From Arenicellales bacterium (GTDB taxonomy: Bacteria > Pseudomonadota > Gammaproteobacteria > Arenicellales > JAHEKD01): a stretch of 64,000 nt of DNA. The position numbers were made by a program, and so were the translations under genes. Within the stretch, counting starts at the first letter, position 1, and each line of letters starts with the position of its first letter. Below, one piece after another: positions 1-7,844 of the stretch. The stretch lies in the NCBI GenBank assembly GCA_028284225.1, contig JANQSD010000013.1, forward strand, positions 136,422-200,421, given 5' to 3'. Under the pieces are notes generated by a model that was not told the DNA's origin, did no database searches, and saw nothing but the letters and a program-made list of their open reading frames with translations.

Positions 1-270
1 GCCTTGTATGCAACGACCAAAGTGTTTTTGGAATACTTCAATTTGAAGTCCATACGCGAATTACCACGTCTACAAGAGAAACGGGAACTGGACGAGATAG
101 CCAAGGATAATCAGATTCAATTGCCAATTGAAGAAACCGACGTCGAACCTGGCGAGCAATTGATTGAGACTTCCGATGATTCTGACCATAATAATGCTGA
201 TGGATTAGATGCCGTTGATAATACCGTAGACGATAATACAAATGAGACGCTGAAAGAAGCCACAGTTTGA
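1..270 (+). CDS. scpB: Segregation and condensation protein B (ScpB), C-terminal fragment; 5' end lies outside the window
   Basis: Frame is open from base 1 to TGA at 268-270. '...TTKVFLEYFNLKSIRELPRL' followed by an acidic tail resembles ScpB C-termini. scpB-rluB adjacency is typical of gammaproteobacteria. The TTG start at 4 in the ORF track is a window-edge artefact. Confidence 0.6.
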   Translation, partial: ALYATTKVFLEYFNLKSIRELPRLQEKRELDEIAKDNQIQLPIEETDVEPGEQLIETSDDSDHNNADGLDAVDNTVDDNTNETLKEATV

Positions 271-273
271 ATT

Positions 274-1020
274 GTGTCAAGGGACCTTCAACGTGTTCAG
301 AAAATTATTGCTGATTGTGGATTTACTTCACGCCGCCAGGCAGAACAATTAATTGAACAGGGACGGGTCACTGTTAACGATAAAAAAATAGCACTTGGCA
401 CTAAAGCGCTGGCGAGCGATGAAATTCGGATTGACAATAAGTTACTAAATTCTGCAGCTGCAACAACACAAGCTGAGGTTATTTTGCTCAATAAACCGGA
501 AGGCTACATTACCACTCGCAGTGATCCCAAAAACCGTAAAACAGTATTTCAGCTGTTATCCAAACCCAAACAAGGGCGCTGGATATCAATAGGCCGTCTG
601 GATATAAATACTTCAGGATTATTACTTTTTACCACAGACGGTCAGTTAGCAAACAAATTGATGCATCCATCTGCTCAAATAGAAAGGGAATATCTTTGCC
701 GTGTTTACGGTGATATAAACTCAAATAAAATCAATAAGTTAAAAAATGGAATTAAACTAAATACTGAAAATAATATATCGCTTTTTCATGCTATAAACAT
801 TACTGAAAGCAAAGGAAAAAATCATTGGGTCAGGGTGGTTTTGTTGCAAGGAAAATACCGGGAGGTACGCAGGCTTTGGCAGGCGGTAGGGTGCCAAGTC
901 AGTCGCCTCACCAGAATTCGCTACGGATCAATTAAACTACCGGACGACCTAAAGAAAGGTCACTACCAGGTTCTAAGTACAAAAAGAATTCAACAGCTCA
1001 TGCATGAGCCTACTGTGTAA
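274..1020 (+). CDS. rluB: 23S rRNA pseudouridine synthase, RluB/RsuA family (S4 domain plus PseudoU_synth_2)
   Basis: N-terminal S4 RNA-binding motif (LQKIIADCGFTSRRQAEQLIEQGRVTVN). Catalytic-loop-like 'GRLDINTSGLLLFTTDG' is present. GTG start lies 3 nt after the scpB stop. Confidence 0.85.
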   Translation: MSRDLQRVQKIIADCGFTSRRQAEQLIEQGRVTVNDKKIALGTKALASDEIRIDNKLLNSAAATTQAEVILLNKPEGYITTRSDPKNRKTVFQLLSKPKQGRWISIGRLDINTSGLLLFTTDGQLANKLMHPSAQIEREYLCRVYGDINSNKINKLKNGIKLNTENNISLFHAINITESKGKNHWVRVVLLQGKYREVRRLWQAVGCQVSRLTRIRYGSIKLPDDLKKGHYQVLSTKRIQQLMHEPTV

Positions 1021-1061
1021 TAATGTATTCAGCCGTAGGGCACTGAGGTACGAAGTAATTC

Positions 1062-1523
1062 TTACCCGTGGTTCAACATTTGCAAACAGGCCAAACCAGC
1101 TTCCTTCCCCTTGATGACAAAATGCTCTTTAAAAAATTGCTGATGAGTTTCATGTTCGTGAAAATGATGAGGCGTTAACACAACTGAAAGAATGGGTATA
1201 TGACACTCAAGTTGAACCTGCATCATACCTTGAATAACAGCATTTGCGACAAAATCATGTCGATAAATACCTCCGTTTACAATTAGACCGGTCGCAATGA
1301 TGATCGAATATATATCAGTTTTTTCACCCTTACAGCCTCCAGCCAACATTTTTGCCTTTAATGGAATTTCTAAACTTCCCGGCACTTTGTAGCGATCAAT
1401 CAAACTAATATCAAAATTATTCTGATTTAACACTTCTGTAAGACCAACATAACATTGATCAACTATTTCACTATGCCAACCGGCTTCGATTAGTGCAATT
1501 CGTTTGCTTGAGTTCATTGTCAT
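1062..1523 (-). CDS. ribH: 6,7-dimethyl-8-ribityllumazine synthase, type II (RibH2-like)
   Basis: 153 aa. The block 'GGIYRHDFVANAVIQGMMQVQLECHIPILSVVLTPHHFHEHETHQQFFKEHFVIKGKEA' matches type-II (Brucella RibH2-type) lumazine synthases as I recall them. The gene lies directly downstream of an FMN riboswitch. Confidence 0.85.
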   Translation of the reverse strand: MTMNSSKRIALIEAGWHSEIVDQCYVGLTEVLNQNNFDISLIDRYKVPGSLEIPLKAKMLAGGCKGEKTDIYSIIIATGLIVNGGIYRHDFVANAVIQGMMQVQLECHIPILSVVLTPHHFHEHETHQQFFKEHFVIKGKEAGLACLQMLNHG

Positions 1524-1572
1524 TTCCCTGTCTACTTCGTTAGCAAATATTCAGGGCGAGGCTTAACAGAAA

Positions 1573-1592
1573 GTACTCATGAAGATGAGTAC
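1573..1592 (-). terminator. Hairpin in the riboswitch expression platform (GTACTCAT-CTTC-ATGAGTAC followed by TTTCTGTT on the minus strand)
   Basis: Perfect 8-bp inverted repeat read directly from the sequence. It lies between the FMN aptamer and the ribH start. The stem is AT-rich, so its strength as a terminator is uncertain. Confidence 0.35.
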
Positions 1593-1596
1593 AATG

Positions 1597-1738
1597 CGCT
1601 CTCTTTCATCCGGACTTTAACCGTCGGCTTCGGAGTCACACCGAATCTGCTGACCCTGTTTAACAGGCGCTCGCGGGCTTATAAAGTCATAACTTCACTC
1701 ACCGCCGGTGGGGAATTTCGCCCCGCCCTGAGAACGTT
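1597..1738 (-). promoter_or_regulatory. FMN riboswitch (RFN element) aptamer
   Basis: The minus strand reads CGTTCTCAGGGCGGGGCGAAATTCCCCACCGGCGGTGAG...AAGCCCGCGAGCGCC...GGTCAGCAGATTCGGTGTGACTCCGAAGCCGACGGTTAAAGTCCGGATGAAAGAGAGCG. This is nearly block-for-block identical to the conserved RFN core as known from E. coli ribB. It sits in the 5' leader of the ribH2-like gene. Confidence 0.93.
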
Positions 1739-1760
1739 AGTCGTTTAACTACTAGGATTA

Positions 1761-1789
1761 ATTATAGTTTGCATACACGGCCATAACAA
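1761..1789 (-). promoter_or_regulatory. Putative sigma70 promoter for the riboswitch-ribH transcript
   Basis: The minus strand reads TTGTTA, then 17 nt, then TATAAT (perfect -10). The -10 ends about 20 nt upstream of the aptamer P1 strand. Confidence 0.45.
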
Positions 1790-1972
1790 TGTCTATAGCT
1801 TTGCCAATAATGGCCTAAGTATCAAAGTAATTATTGGTAAAATAGCTTAATGATGTGAGTTTTCTATAGTGGTAATGAACAAAAACCCTTTAGGTATCAC
1901 TCATCTTAATTTGAGAAGATCAGGCAGTTTAGTTATTATCCTTGCTTAATAAATATCTATTCGGAAAATCAA

Positions 1973-3766
1973 ATGTCAATTCCTTACAATGCACCTATTG
2001 AAGACATGTTATTCGCTTTAACTACGAATTCAAATTTAAGCCATTTGCAATCACTCTCAGCCTATGAAGAATGTTCAGATGACTTAGTTGAAGCCGTATT
2101 AACTGAGGCCGGAAAGTTAGCCAGTGAGGTGCTGGCACCAATAAACAGTTCAGGTAATGAGGCAGGGGTAGAATTACAGGACGACAAAGTTGTAACACCA
2201 GATGGCTGGCATGAGGCTTATCAGGCTTTTCAAACTGGTGGCTGGATGGGCCTGGGTTTTGATGTCAATCATGGTGGTCAAGGAATGCCTGCCGCTGTAT
2301 CAACGGCAACAAATGAAATCTGGCATGCTGCCAATATGGCATTTAGCCTTTGCCCTTTACTGACTCAGGGTGCTATTGAGGCGGTTATACAACATGGTAC
2401 GGATGAATTAAAAGAAAAATTCCTCGGCAAACTGATGGAAGGAGCCTGGTCAGGGACAATGAATTTAACAGAGCCTCAGGCAGGTTCGGATCTGGCATTA
2501 GTCAGGACATCAGCGACACCCAATGATGATCATTACCTTATTAAAGGCCAGAAAATATTTATCACTTATGGGGATCATGAGTTAACGGAAAACATTGCTC
2601 ATCTGGTTTTAGCCAGGTTGCCGGATGCTCCGGAAGGCGTTAAAGGAATTTCTTTATTTCTGGTGCCCAAGTTTTTAGTGGATGAAAATGGTCAACCAGG
2701 CGAACGTAACGATGTTAAATGCATAAAGGTTGAACATAAACTCGGCATTCACGCTAGTCCGACATGTGTTATGTCATACGGTGATCAGGGTGGGGCAGTC
2801 GGCTATTTGGTGGGTGAAGAAAATGCGGGACTTGCCTGCATGTTTACCATGATGAATAACGCCAGACATGGGGTTGGCCTGCAAGGTCTATCAATTTCAG
2901 AGCGAGCATATCAACAAGCACTGGCCTATGCGAATGAGCGTGTGCAAAGTAATCCGGCCGGATCGGATACAGCTCATGCAAAAATTATTAAGCACCCTGA
3001 TGTCAAACGCATGCTGCTTTTGGTCAAAACGAATAATGAGGCCATGCGCGGCCTGTGTTATTGGCATGCAAGCTGTATGGATTTAGCGAGCAAAGCGGAG
3101 GATGAAGAAGCTCGAAAGGAAAATTATAAAACACTGGAATTTCTCACGCCAATCGTAAAAGGTTGGTGCACAGAAATGGCAAATGAATTGACGTCCTACA
3201 GTGTTCAAGTACACGGAGGCATGGGCTATATTGAAGAAACCGGAGCTGCACAACATTACCGTGATGCTCGCATCACTGCCATCTATGAAGGCACCACAGC
3301 GATTCAAGCCAATGATCTGATGGGCAGAAAATTACTGCGTGATGAAGGTGTCGTTGCTCACCGTTTAATAGACTCTGCTTTAGAGTTTGTTGATCAGCTG
3401 GAGAAACTCGCCGGTCAACATTCATTTGCAATCATGAAAACAAAATTACGCGATGCCCTGGATGAGATGGCCCATGCAACAGAATGGATGCTTGAGAATG
3501 GCAAAAAAGATCCAGCATTAGTTGCGGCTGCCTCTGTTAATTATTTGATGCTATGTGGTTTAACCTTATCCGGCTTAAAACTGATTGAACAGGCGTTTTA
3601 CGCACAGCAATTACTTGATGCTGAAGAACCACCCGAAAATGAAGATTATTTAAAAAGCAAAATACTTAGTGCAGAATTCTATGCGTCACAAATGTTACCC
3701 AGAGGCGCAGCGTATGAGGATATGATATTACGCGGGTCGCAAAGTATCCTGAACGCAACATTATAA
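1973..3766 (+). CDS. Large acyl-CoA dehydrogenase (about 600 aa FadE/DmdC-like type with N- and C-terminal extensions)
   Basis: 597 aa. ACAD middle and C-terminal motifs are present (NLTEPQAGSDL, KIFITYGDH, GGMGYIEETGAAQHYRDARITAIYEGTTAIQANDL), plus a long helical C-terminal domain. Confidence 0.85.
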   Translation: MSIPYNAPIEDMLFALTTNSNLSHLQSLSAYEECSDDLVEAVLTEAGKLASEVLAPINSSGNEAGVELQDDKVVTPDGWHEAYQAFQTGGWMGLGFDVNHGGQGMPAAVSTATNEIWHAANMAFSLCPLLTQGAIEAVIQHGTDELKEKFLGKLMEGAWSGTMNLTEPQAGSDLALVRTSATPNDDHYLIKGQKIFITYGDHELTENIAHLVLARLPDAPEGVKGISLFLVPKFLVDENGQPGERNDVKCIKVEHKLGIHASPTCVMSYGDQGGAVGYLVGEENAGLACMFTMMNNARHGVGLQGLSISERAYQQALAYANERVQSNPAGSDTAHAKIIKHPDVKRMLLLVKTNNEAMRGLCYWHASCMDLASKAEDEEARKENYKTLEFLTPIVKGWCTEMANELTSYSVQVHGGMGYIEETGAAQHYRDARITAIYEGTTAIQANDLMGRKLLRDEGVVAHRLIDSALEFVDQLEKLAGQHSFAIMKTKLRDALDEMAHATEWMLENGKKDPALVAAASVNYLMLCGLTLSGLKLIEQAFYAQQLLDAEEPPENEDYLKSKILSAEFYASQMLPRGAAYEDMILRGSQSILNATL

Positions 3767-3873
3767 ACATTTATATTGGTGTTGGGTATAAATGGATATA
3801 GGTTATACTCTAGCACTGTTCACCAACATATATTACATGAAAATAATTTAAGCATAGTAAGGATATTGCAGGA

Positions 3874-4911
3874 GTGTTTCAAATTATAAAGCGGCTGATT
3901 ATTACAGCCTTTTGCATGTTCACCGGACTTGTTTATGCAGCCGGTGATTCTTCAGAGTCAGACAGTATTAAGCCCAAAGAAGATATATGCGTACAAGAAT
4001 ATGCTTCTGAACATTGGCTTGATAAAACGCAAGCAGCCACCTTTACCGGCATGTGCAAAACCGTGAGGTGGTTTGACCGGCTATTCGGTAAGGACAAGCC
4101 TTTTGATGATAAAAAGTTCGGTGGCAAAGTAGTGCTCGGTTTCAAAGATACAGAGCGTGATGGTTTTGACCCCAAACTCAGAGTGCGGATTAAATCCAAA
4201 CTACCCAATGCCAGCAAAAGAATGAATGCGTTTATCGGGCGGGTCGATGAAGATGAATTTATTAGTGATTCTAACCAGCGCCCGGATGCAGTCAGTGACT
4301 CTGCATCCGTCAGACGTAGTGATGATGAAGAATCTGAGTGGTTGATCGGTTTAGGTTACAGTAATCCAAAAAATGCAAAAAAAGGTTTTGATTATTCAAT
4401 AGGGGCAAAAATAAGTAGCGGCCTGAATCCTTATGCTAAAGTTCGTTACCGCTATAACTTTAAAATGCCCGAAACACATTTTCTGCGAGCTACCCAGACC
4501 TTATTCTGGCAAAACGATGATGGTTACGGGACTACTACTAATTTAAATTACACCTATGTTTACAGTTACACAGATATTTTGGAATTGGGTGCCAGTGCCA
4601 AGTTCACCGAAGATGAAAACCAATGGGAATGGGTAACCGGAGCCTCCTGGTTCCATCGCCTCCAGAATGGTCACGGTATTGCCGCACGTACCTATATCCG
4701 CGGAGAAGAAGAAAACTCTGAAAGTGTTCCGGAATATGGTGTTGTTTTGACCTATAGACGTCCTTTTTTACGCGACTGGCTATTTCTTGAAGCGGCAGTG
4801 CAACATCAATGGATTCAAGACAACGCAGGCGAACCACGGGATCAATCTTTTGGCTTCGGCTTGCAATTAGAAATGGAAGTAGGGGATTACCGCAAACGCC
4901 GAAAAGAATAA
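3874..4911 (+). CDS. Hypothetical exported protein, possibly an outer-membrane beta-barrel
   Basis: N-terminal signal-like sequence (LIITAFCMFTGLVYAAG). The C-terminal half has alternating aromatic/polar strands (YRYNF.., LNYTYVYSY.., WVTGASWFH..). No family was recognised. GTG start. Confidence 0.4.
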   Translation: MFQIIKRLIITAFCMFTGLVYAAGDSSESDSIKPKEDICVQEYASEHWLDKTQAATFTGMCKTVRWFDRLFGKDKPFDDKKFGGKVVLGFKDTERDGFDPKLRVRIKSKLPNASKRMNAFIGRVDEDEFISDSNQRPDAVSDSASVRRSDDEESEWLIGLGYSNPKNAKKGFDYSIGAKISSGLNPYAKVRYRYNFKMPETHFLRATQTLFWQNDDGYGTTTNLNYTYVYSYTDILELGASAKFTEDENQWEWVTGASWFHRLQNGHGIAARTYIRGEEENSESVPEYGVVLTYRRPFLRDWLFLEAAVQHQWIQDNAGEPRDQSFGFGLQLEMEVGDYRKRRKE

Positions 4912-5038
4912 ACGGTTTGATCACGATAGATATTCGAACTACTTGGAAAAATCATGATCAGAATACTCTATTACTAAAGCAAAATACTTTTTACTTTTTT
5001 GATAGAGCAATCAGTTTTAAGATCAATAAGAAATCTGC

Positions 5039-5647
5039 TCAATCAAAATGATCGGGAAAATTCAGTTTCAAATATGACTTGATGATTTTTCGATTTGTTT
5101 GATAACTGTATTGTTTCGGGTTAAGGTGTGCAGTCCACCAGAATCCCAGCAACATGGCGCTCAGTGCGGCACTAACATGCTTAACATTGACCGCTTGATA
5201 GTTTCCATTGTTAATAATCGATTCTATTAATCTGTAAGTATCCTGATCGTACTTTCTATCTCGATTAGCGTTAAACTGTTTATATAAACCTTTTGCCTCG
5301 CCCCAAAATGTATACCAAACTGAAATCAAATCCGGTTTTTCGATGGGTAATTTAAGATCATAGTCAACCAAGCGCATAAGTTTTTTTTCTGCACTAAGCG
5401 TTTTACTTGACTCTAAAATTTCATTCCATTGTTGATTGTATTCTGCGCCAATCTCACTAAGAACAATTTTCAGCATCTCGTTTTTTGATTTAAAATGGAA
5501 CACCACCAGCGTTCTAGATACACCAGCGATTTGTGCAATACGATCTAAAGTTGTATCGCATAGTCCGCGTGTCGCAATACATTTTATCGCAGCATCAAGA
5601 ATCACTTTACGCCTGGCTACACCTTTCTCTAGTCGTTTATCACTCAC
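5039..5647 (-). CDS. TetR/AcrR-family transcriptional regulator (BetI-like)
   Basis: N-terminal HTH 'ILDAAIKCIATRGLCDTTLDRIAQIAGVSRTLVVFHFKSKNEML'. It is divergent from the amine-dehydrogenase operon. Confidence 0.85.
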   Translation of the reverse strand: MSDKRLEKGVARRKVILDAAIKCIATRGLCDTTLDRIAQIAGVSRTLVVFHFKSKNEMLKIVLSEIGAEYNQQWNEILESSKTLSAEKKLMRLVDYDLKLPIEKPDLISVWYTFWGEAKGLYKQFNANRDRKYDQDTYRLIESIINNGNYQAVNVKHVSAALSAMLLGFWWTAHLNPKQYSYQTNRKIIKSYLKLNFPDHFD

Positions 5648-5669
5648 TACTGATTAACAAAATATTAAA

Positions 5670-5699
5670 TTGACTGACTTGTTAGTCAGTAATTATAAT
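5670..5699 (+). promoter_or_regulatory. Putative sigma70 promoter of the amine operon with an embedded palindromic operator
   Basis: TTGACT (5670-5675), an 18-nt spacer, then TATAAT (5694-5699). The perfect inverted repeat ACTGACT-TGTT-AGTCAGT (5673-5690) occupies the -35/spacer region. This is a typical TetR operator geometry, 46 nt upstream of the ATG at 5736. Confidence 0.55.
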
Positions 5700-5735
5700 A
5701 AGCAAATTCACCACGTGTAAAGAGCAACTTTATCT

Positions 5736-7808
5736 ATGACTGCGGTCAACACCAACTACGATATTTTATTTGAACCCATCGATATTGGTCCGGTGACGGC
5801 AAAAAATCGTTTTTATCAAGTTCCGCACTGTACCGGATTAGGTTGGATCAGACCACGAATGCTGACTGATTTACGGGTTGCTAAGGCAGAAGGCGGTTGG
5901 GGGGTGGTTTGCACTGAATATTGCTCAATCCACCCAAATTCTGATGATATGCCGTACCCATATCAGTCCTTATGGGATCAAAGAGATATAAAGTTCCATG
6001 CTTTAATGACAGAAAAAATACATGAGCATGGCGCCCTTGCGGGTGTAGAACTTTGGGCAGGGGGTCCGCGAGCGTCAAATTTCTTTTCCCGTGAAGTGCC
6101 CATCAGTGTCAGTAATCAACCCAATCTTGTCGGTCATCCACAACAAACTCGCAGAATGGACAAAAAGGACATCAGAGCGTTACGTCAATGGCACAAAGAC
6201 GCTGCAATACGCGCTAAACATGCTGATTTTGATATTGTCTATGTTTATGCTACCCATGATTATTTGCTCTCGCAATTTCTGTCATCCGCAACCAATACAC
6301 GTACAGATGAATATGGCGGCAATCTGGAAAATCAGGTTAGATTAGTAAAAGAGCTGATCGAAGAAACCAAGGATGCGGTCGGAGACCGCTGTGCGGTAGC
6401 AGTACGTTATGCTGTAGACGAACCCTGTGGACAAGATGGAATACCCTTATATGATGAAAAAAGGGAAATGTTTAATTTAATAGCCGAATTGCCGGATTTA
6501 TGGGATATAAACATTACTGATTATTCCTTTGAGATGGGGGCCTCCCGGTTTGTGAAAGAGGCGTCGCTTGAACCCTATATGGATTTTGTCAAATCAGCGA
6601 CGACCAAACCTGTGGTTTCAGTTGGCCGCTTTACCTCAGCTGATACAATGGCAGCTCAAATCAGGCGCGGCCTTGTTGACTTTATTGGTGCAGCGAGACC
6701 CTCCATCGCTGACCCCTTTCTCCCTAATAAGATTAAGCAAGGTCGCTATGACGAAATCCGTGAATGTATAGGTTGTAATATTTGTTATGCAGCTGATGCC
6801 TTGGCTGTACCCATTCGTTGTACACAAAATCCAACAATGGGTGAGGAGTGGCGGCGTGGCTGGCACCCAGAGAAAGTGCCTGCAAAAAGTTCTGATTCTG
6901 AAATACTCATTATCGGATCTGGGCCCTGTGGATTAGAAGCATGTAGAGTGTTAGGTCAACGGGGTTATAGAGTCATATTGGCTGAGGCCGATGACAACCT
7001 GGGGGGTAGGGTAAAAAAGGAAAGCCATTTGCCGGGATTAAGCGAATGGATACGCGTTGTTGATTACAGAGTGCAGCAAATCAACAAAATGGCTAATGTT
7101 CAGGTTTATCGCCATAGTCAATTAACGGCAGCAGATGTGATTGAATTAAATGTCGATCATGTGGCCATCGCGACTGGCGCCCGCTGGCGCAATGATGGAT
7201 TTGGTCGTCATCATCTTAAATCCCTTTCTAGACTAACGACTGATATACAGATATTTACCCCTGATGATATTATGGAGGGTAACTTACCGATGGGTAAAAC
7301 GGTTGTCTATGATGACGATGGATATTACATGGGCAGTGTGATAGCGGAAAAAATTATAGCTGCAGGCAATAAAGCGCTTAGCTTTGTTACTACTGACGAT
7401 AAGGTTTCAAGCTGGAGTGTTAATACAAGCGAGCAGCATCGTGTCCAAAGACGGTTAATTGAGATGGGCATATCGATTACTACAGCTCATTCGTTAATGT
7501 CTTTTGATGGCAATGTGGTCAGCTTCTGTTGTAACTACTCAGATCAAAAAAAATCAATTGATGCAGATTCTATTGTGCTGGTCACGGCACGTACACCTAA
7601 CGATACTTTATATTATGAGCTGGACGAATATTTAAATTCCGAACCGGAAGAAAAACTGTTTACTGTCAGCAAAATCGGTGACTGCGATGCACCGTCAATA
7701 ATTGCTGATGCTGTATTTGCAGGGCACAAATGGGCTCGTGAGTTAGACCAACCTGTCGATTCAAGCAATCCGTTTAAATACGATAGGGTAGAATTCCATG
7801 GGGTTTAG
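5736..7808 (+). CDS. Trimethylamine/dimethylamine/histamine-dehydrogenase-family amine dehydrogenase (FMN OYE-like domain, 4Fe-4S, ADP-binding domain)
   Basis: 690 aa. 'YDILFEPIDIGPVTAKNRFYQVPHC' matches the TMADH N-terminus, including the Cys that forms 6-S-cysteinyl-FMN. The 4Fe-4S ligands CIGCNIC...C and a second Rossmann motif 'ILIIGSGPCGLEA' are present. Confidence 0.85.
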   Translation: MTAVNTNYDILFEPIDIGPVTAKNRFYQVPHCTGLGWIRPRMLTDLRVAKAEGGWGVVCTEYCSIHPNSDDMPYPYQSLWDQRDIKFHALMTEKIHEHGALAGVELWAGGPRASNFFSREVPISVSNQPNLVGHPQQTRRMDKKDIRALRQWHKDAAIRAKHADFDIVYVYATHDYLLSQFLSSATNTRTDEYGGNLENQVRLVKELIEETKDAVGDRCAVAVRYAVDEPCGQDGIPLYDEKREMFNLIAELPDLWDINITDYSFEMGASRFVKEASLEPYMDFVKSATTKPVVSVGRFTSADTMAAQIRRGLVDFIGAARPSIADPFLPNKIKQGRYDEIRECIGCNICYAADALAVPIRCTQNPTMGEEWRRGWHPEKVPAKSSDSEILIIGSGPCGLEACRVLGQRGYRVILAEADDNLGGRVKKESHLPGLSEWIRVVDYRVQQINKMANVQVYRHSQLTAADVIELNVDHVAIATGARWRNDGFGRHHLKSLSRLTTDIQIFTPDDIMEGNLPMGKTVVYDDDGYYMGSVIAEKIIAAGNKALSFVTTDDKVSSWSVNTSEQHRVQRRLIEMGISITTAHSLMSFDGNVVSFCCNYSDQKKSIDADSIVLVTARTPNDTLYYELDEYLNSEPEEKLFTVSKIGDCDAPSIIADAVFAGHKWARELDQPVDSSNPFKYDRVEFHGV

Positions 7809-7844
7809 TATGACTGATAATGGCAAAATCATAGGCAGGTCAGC

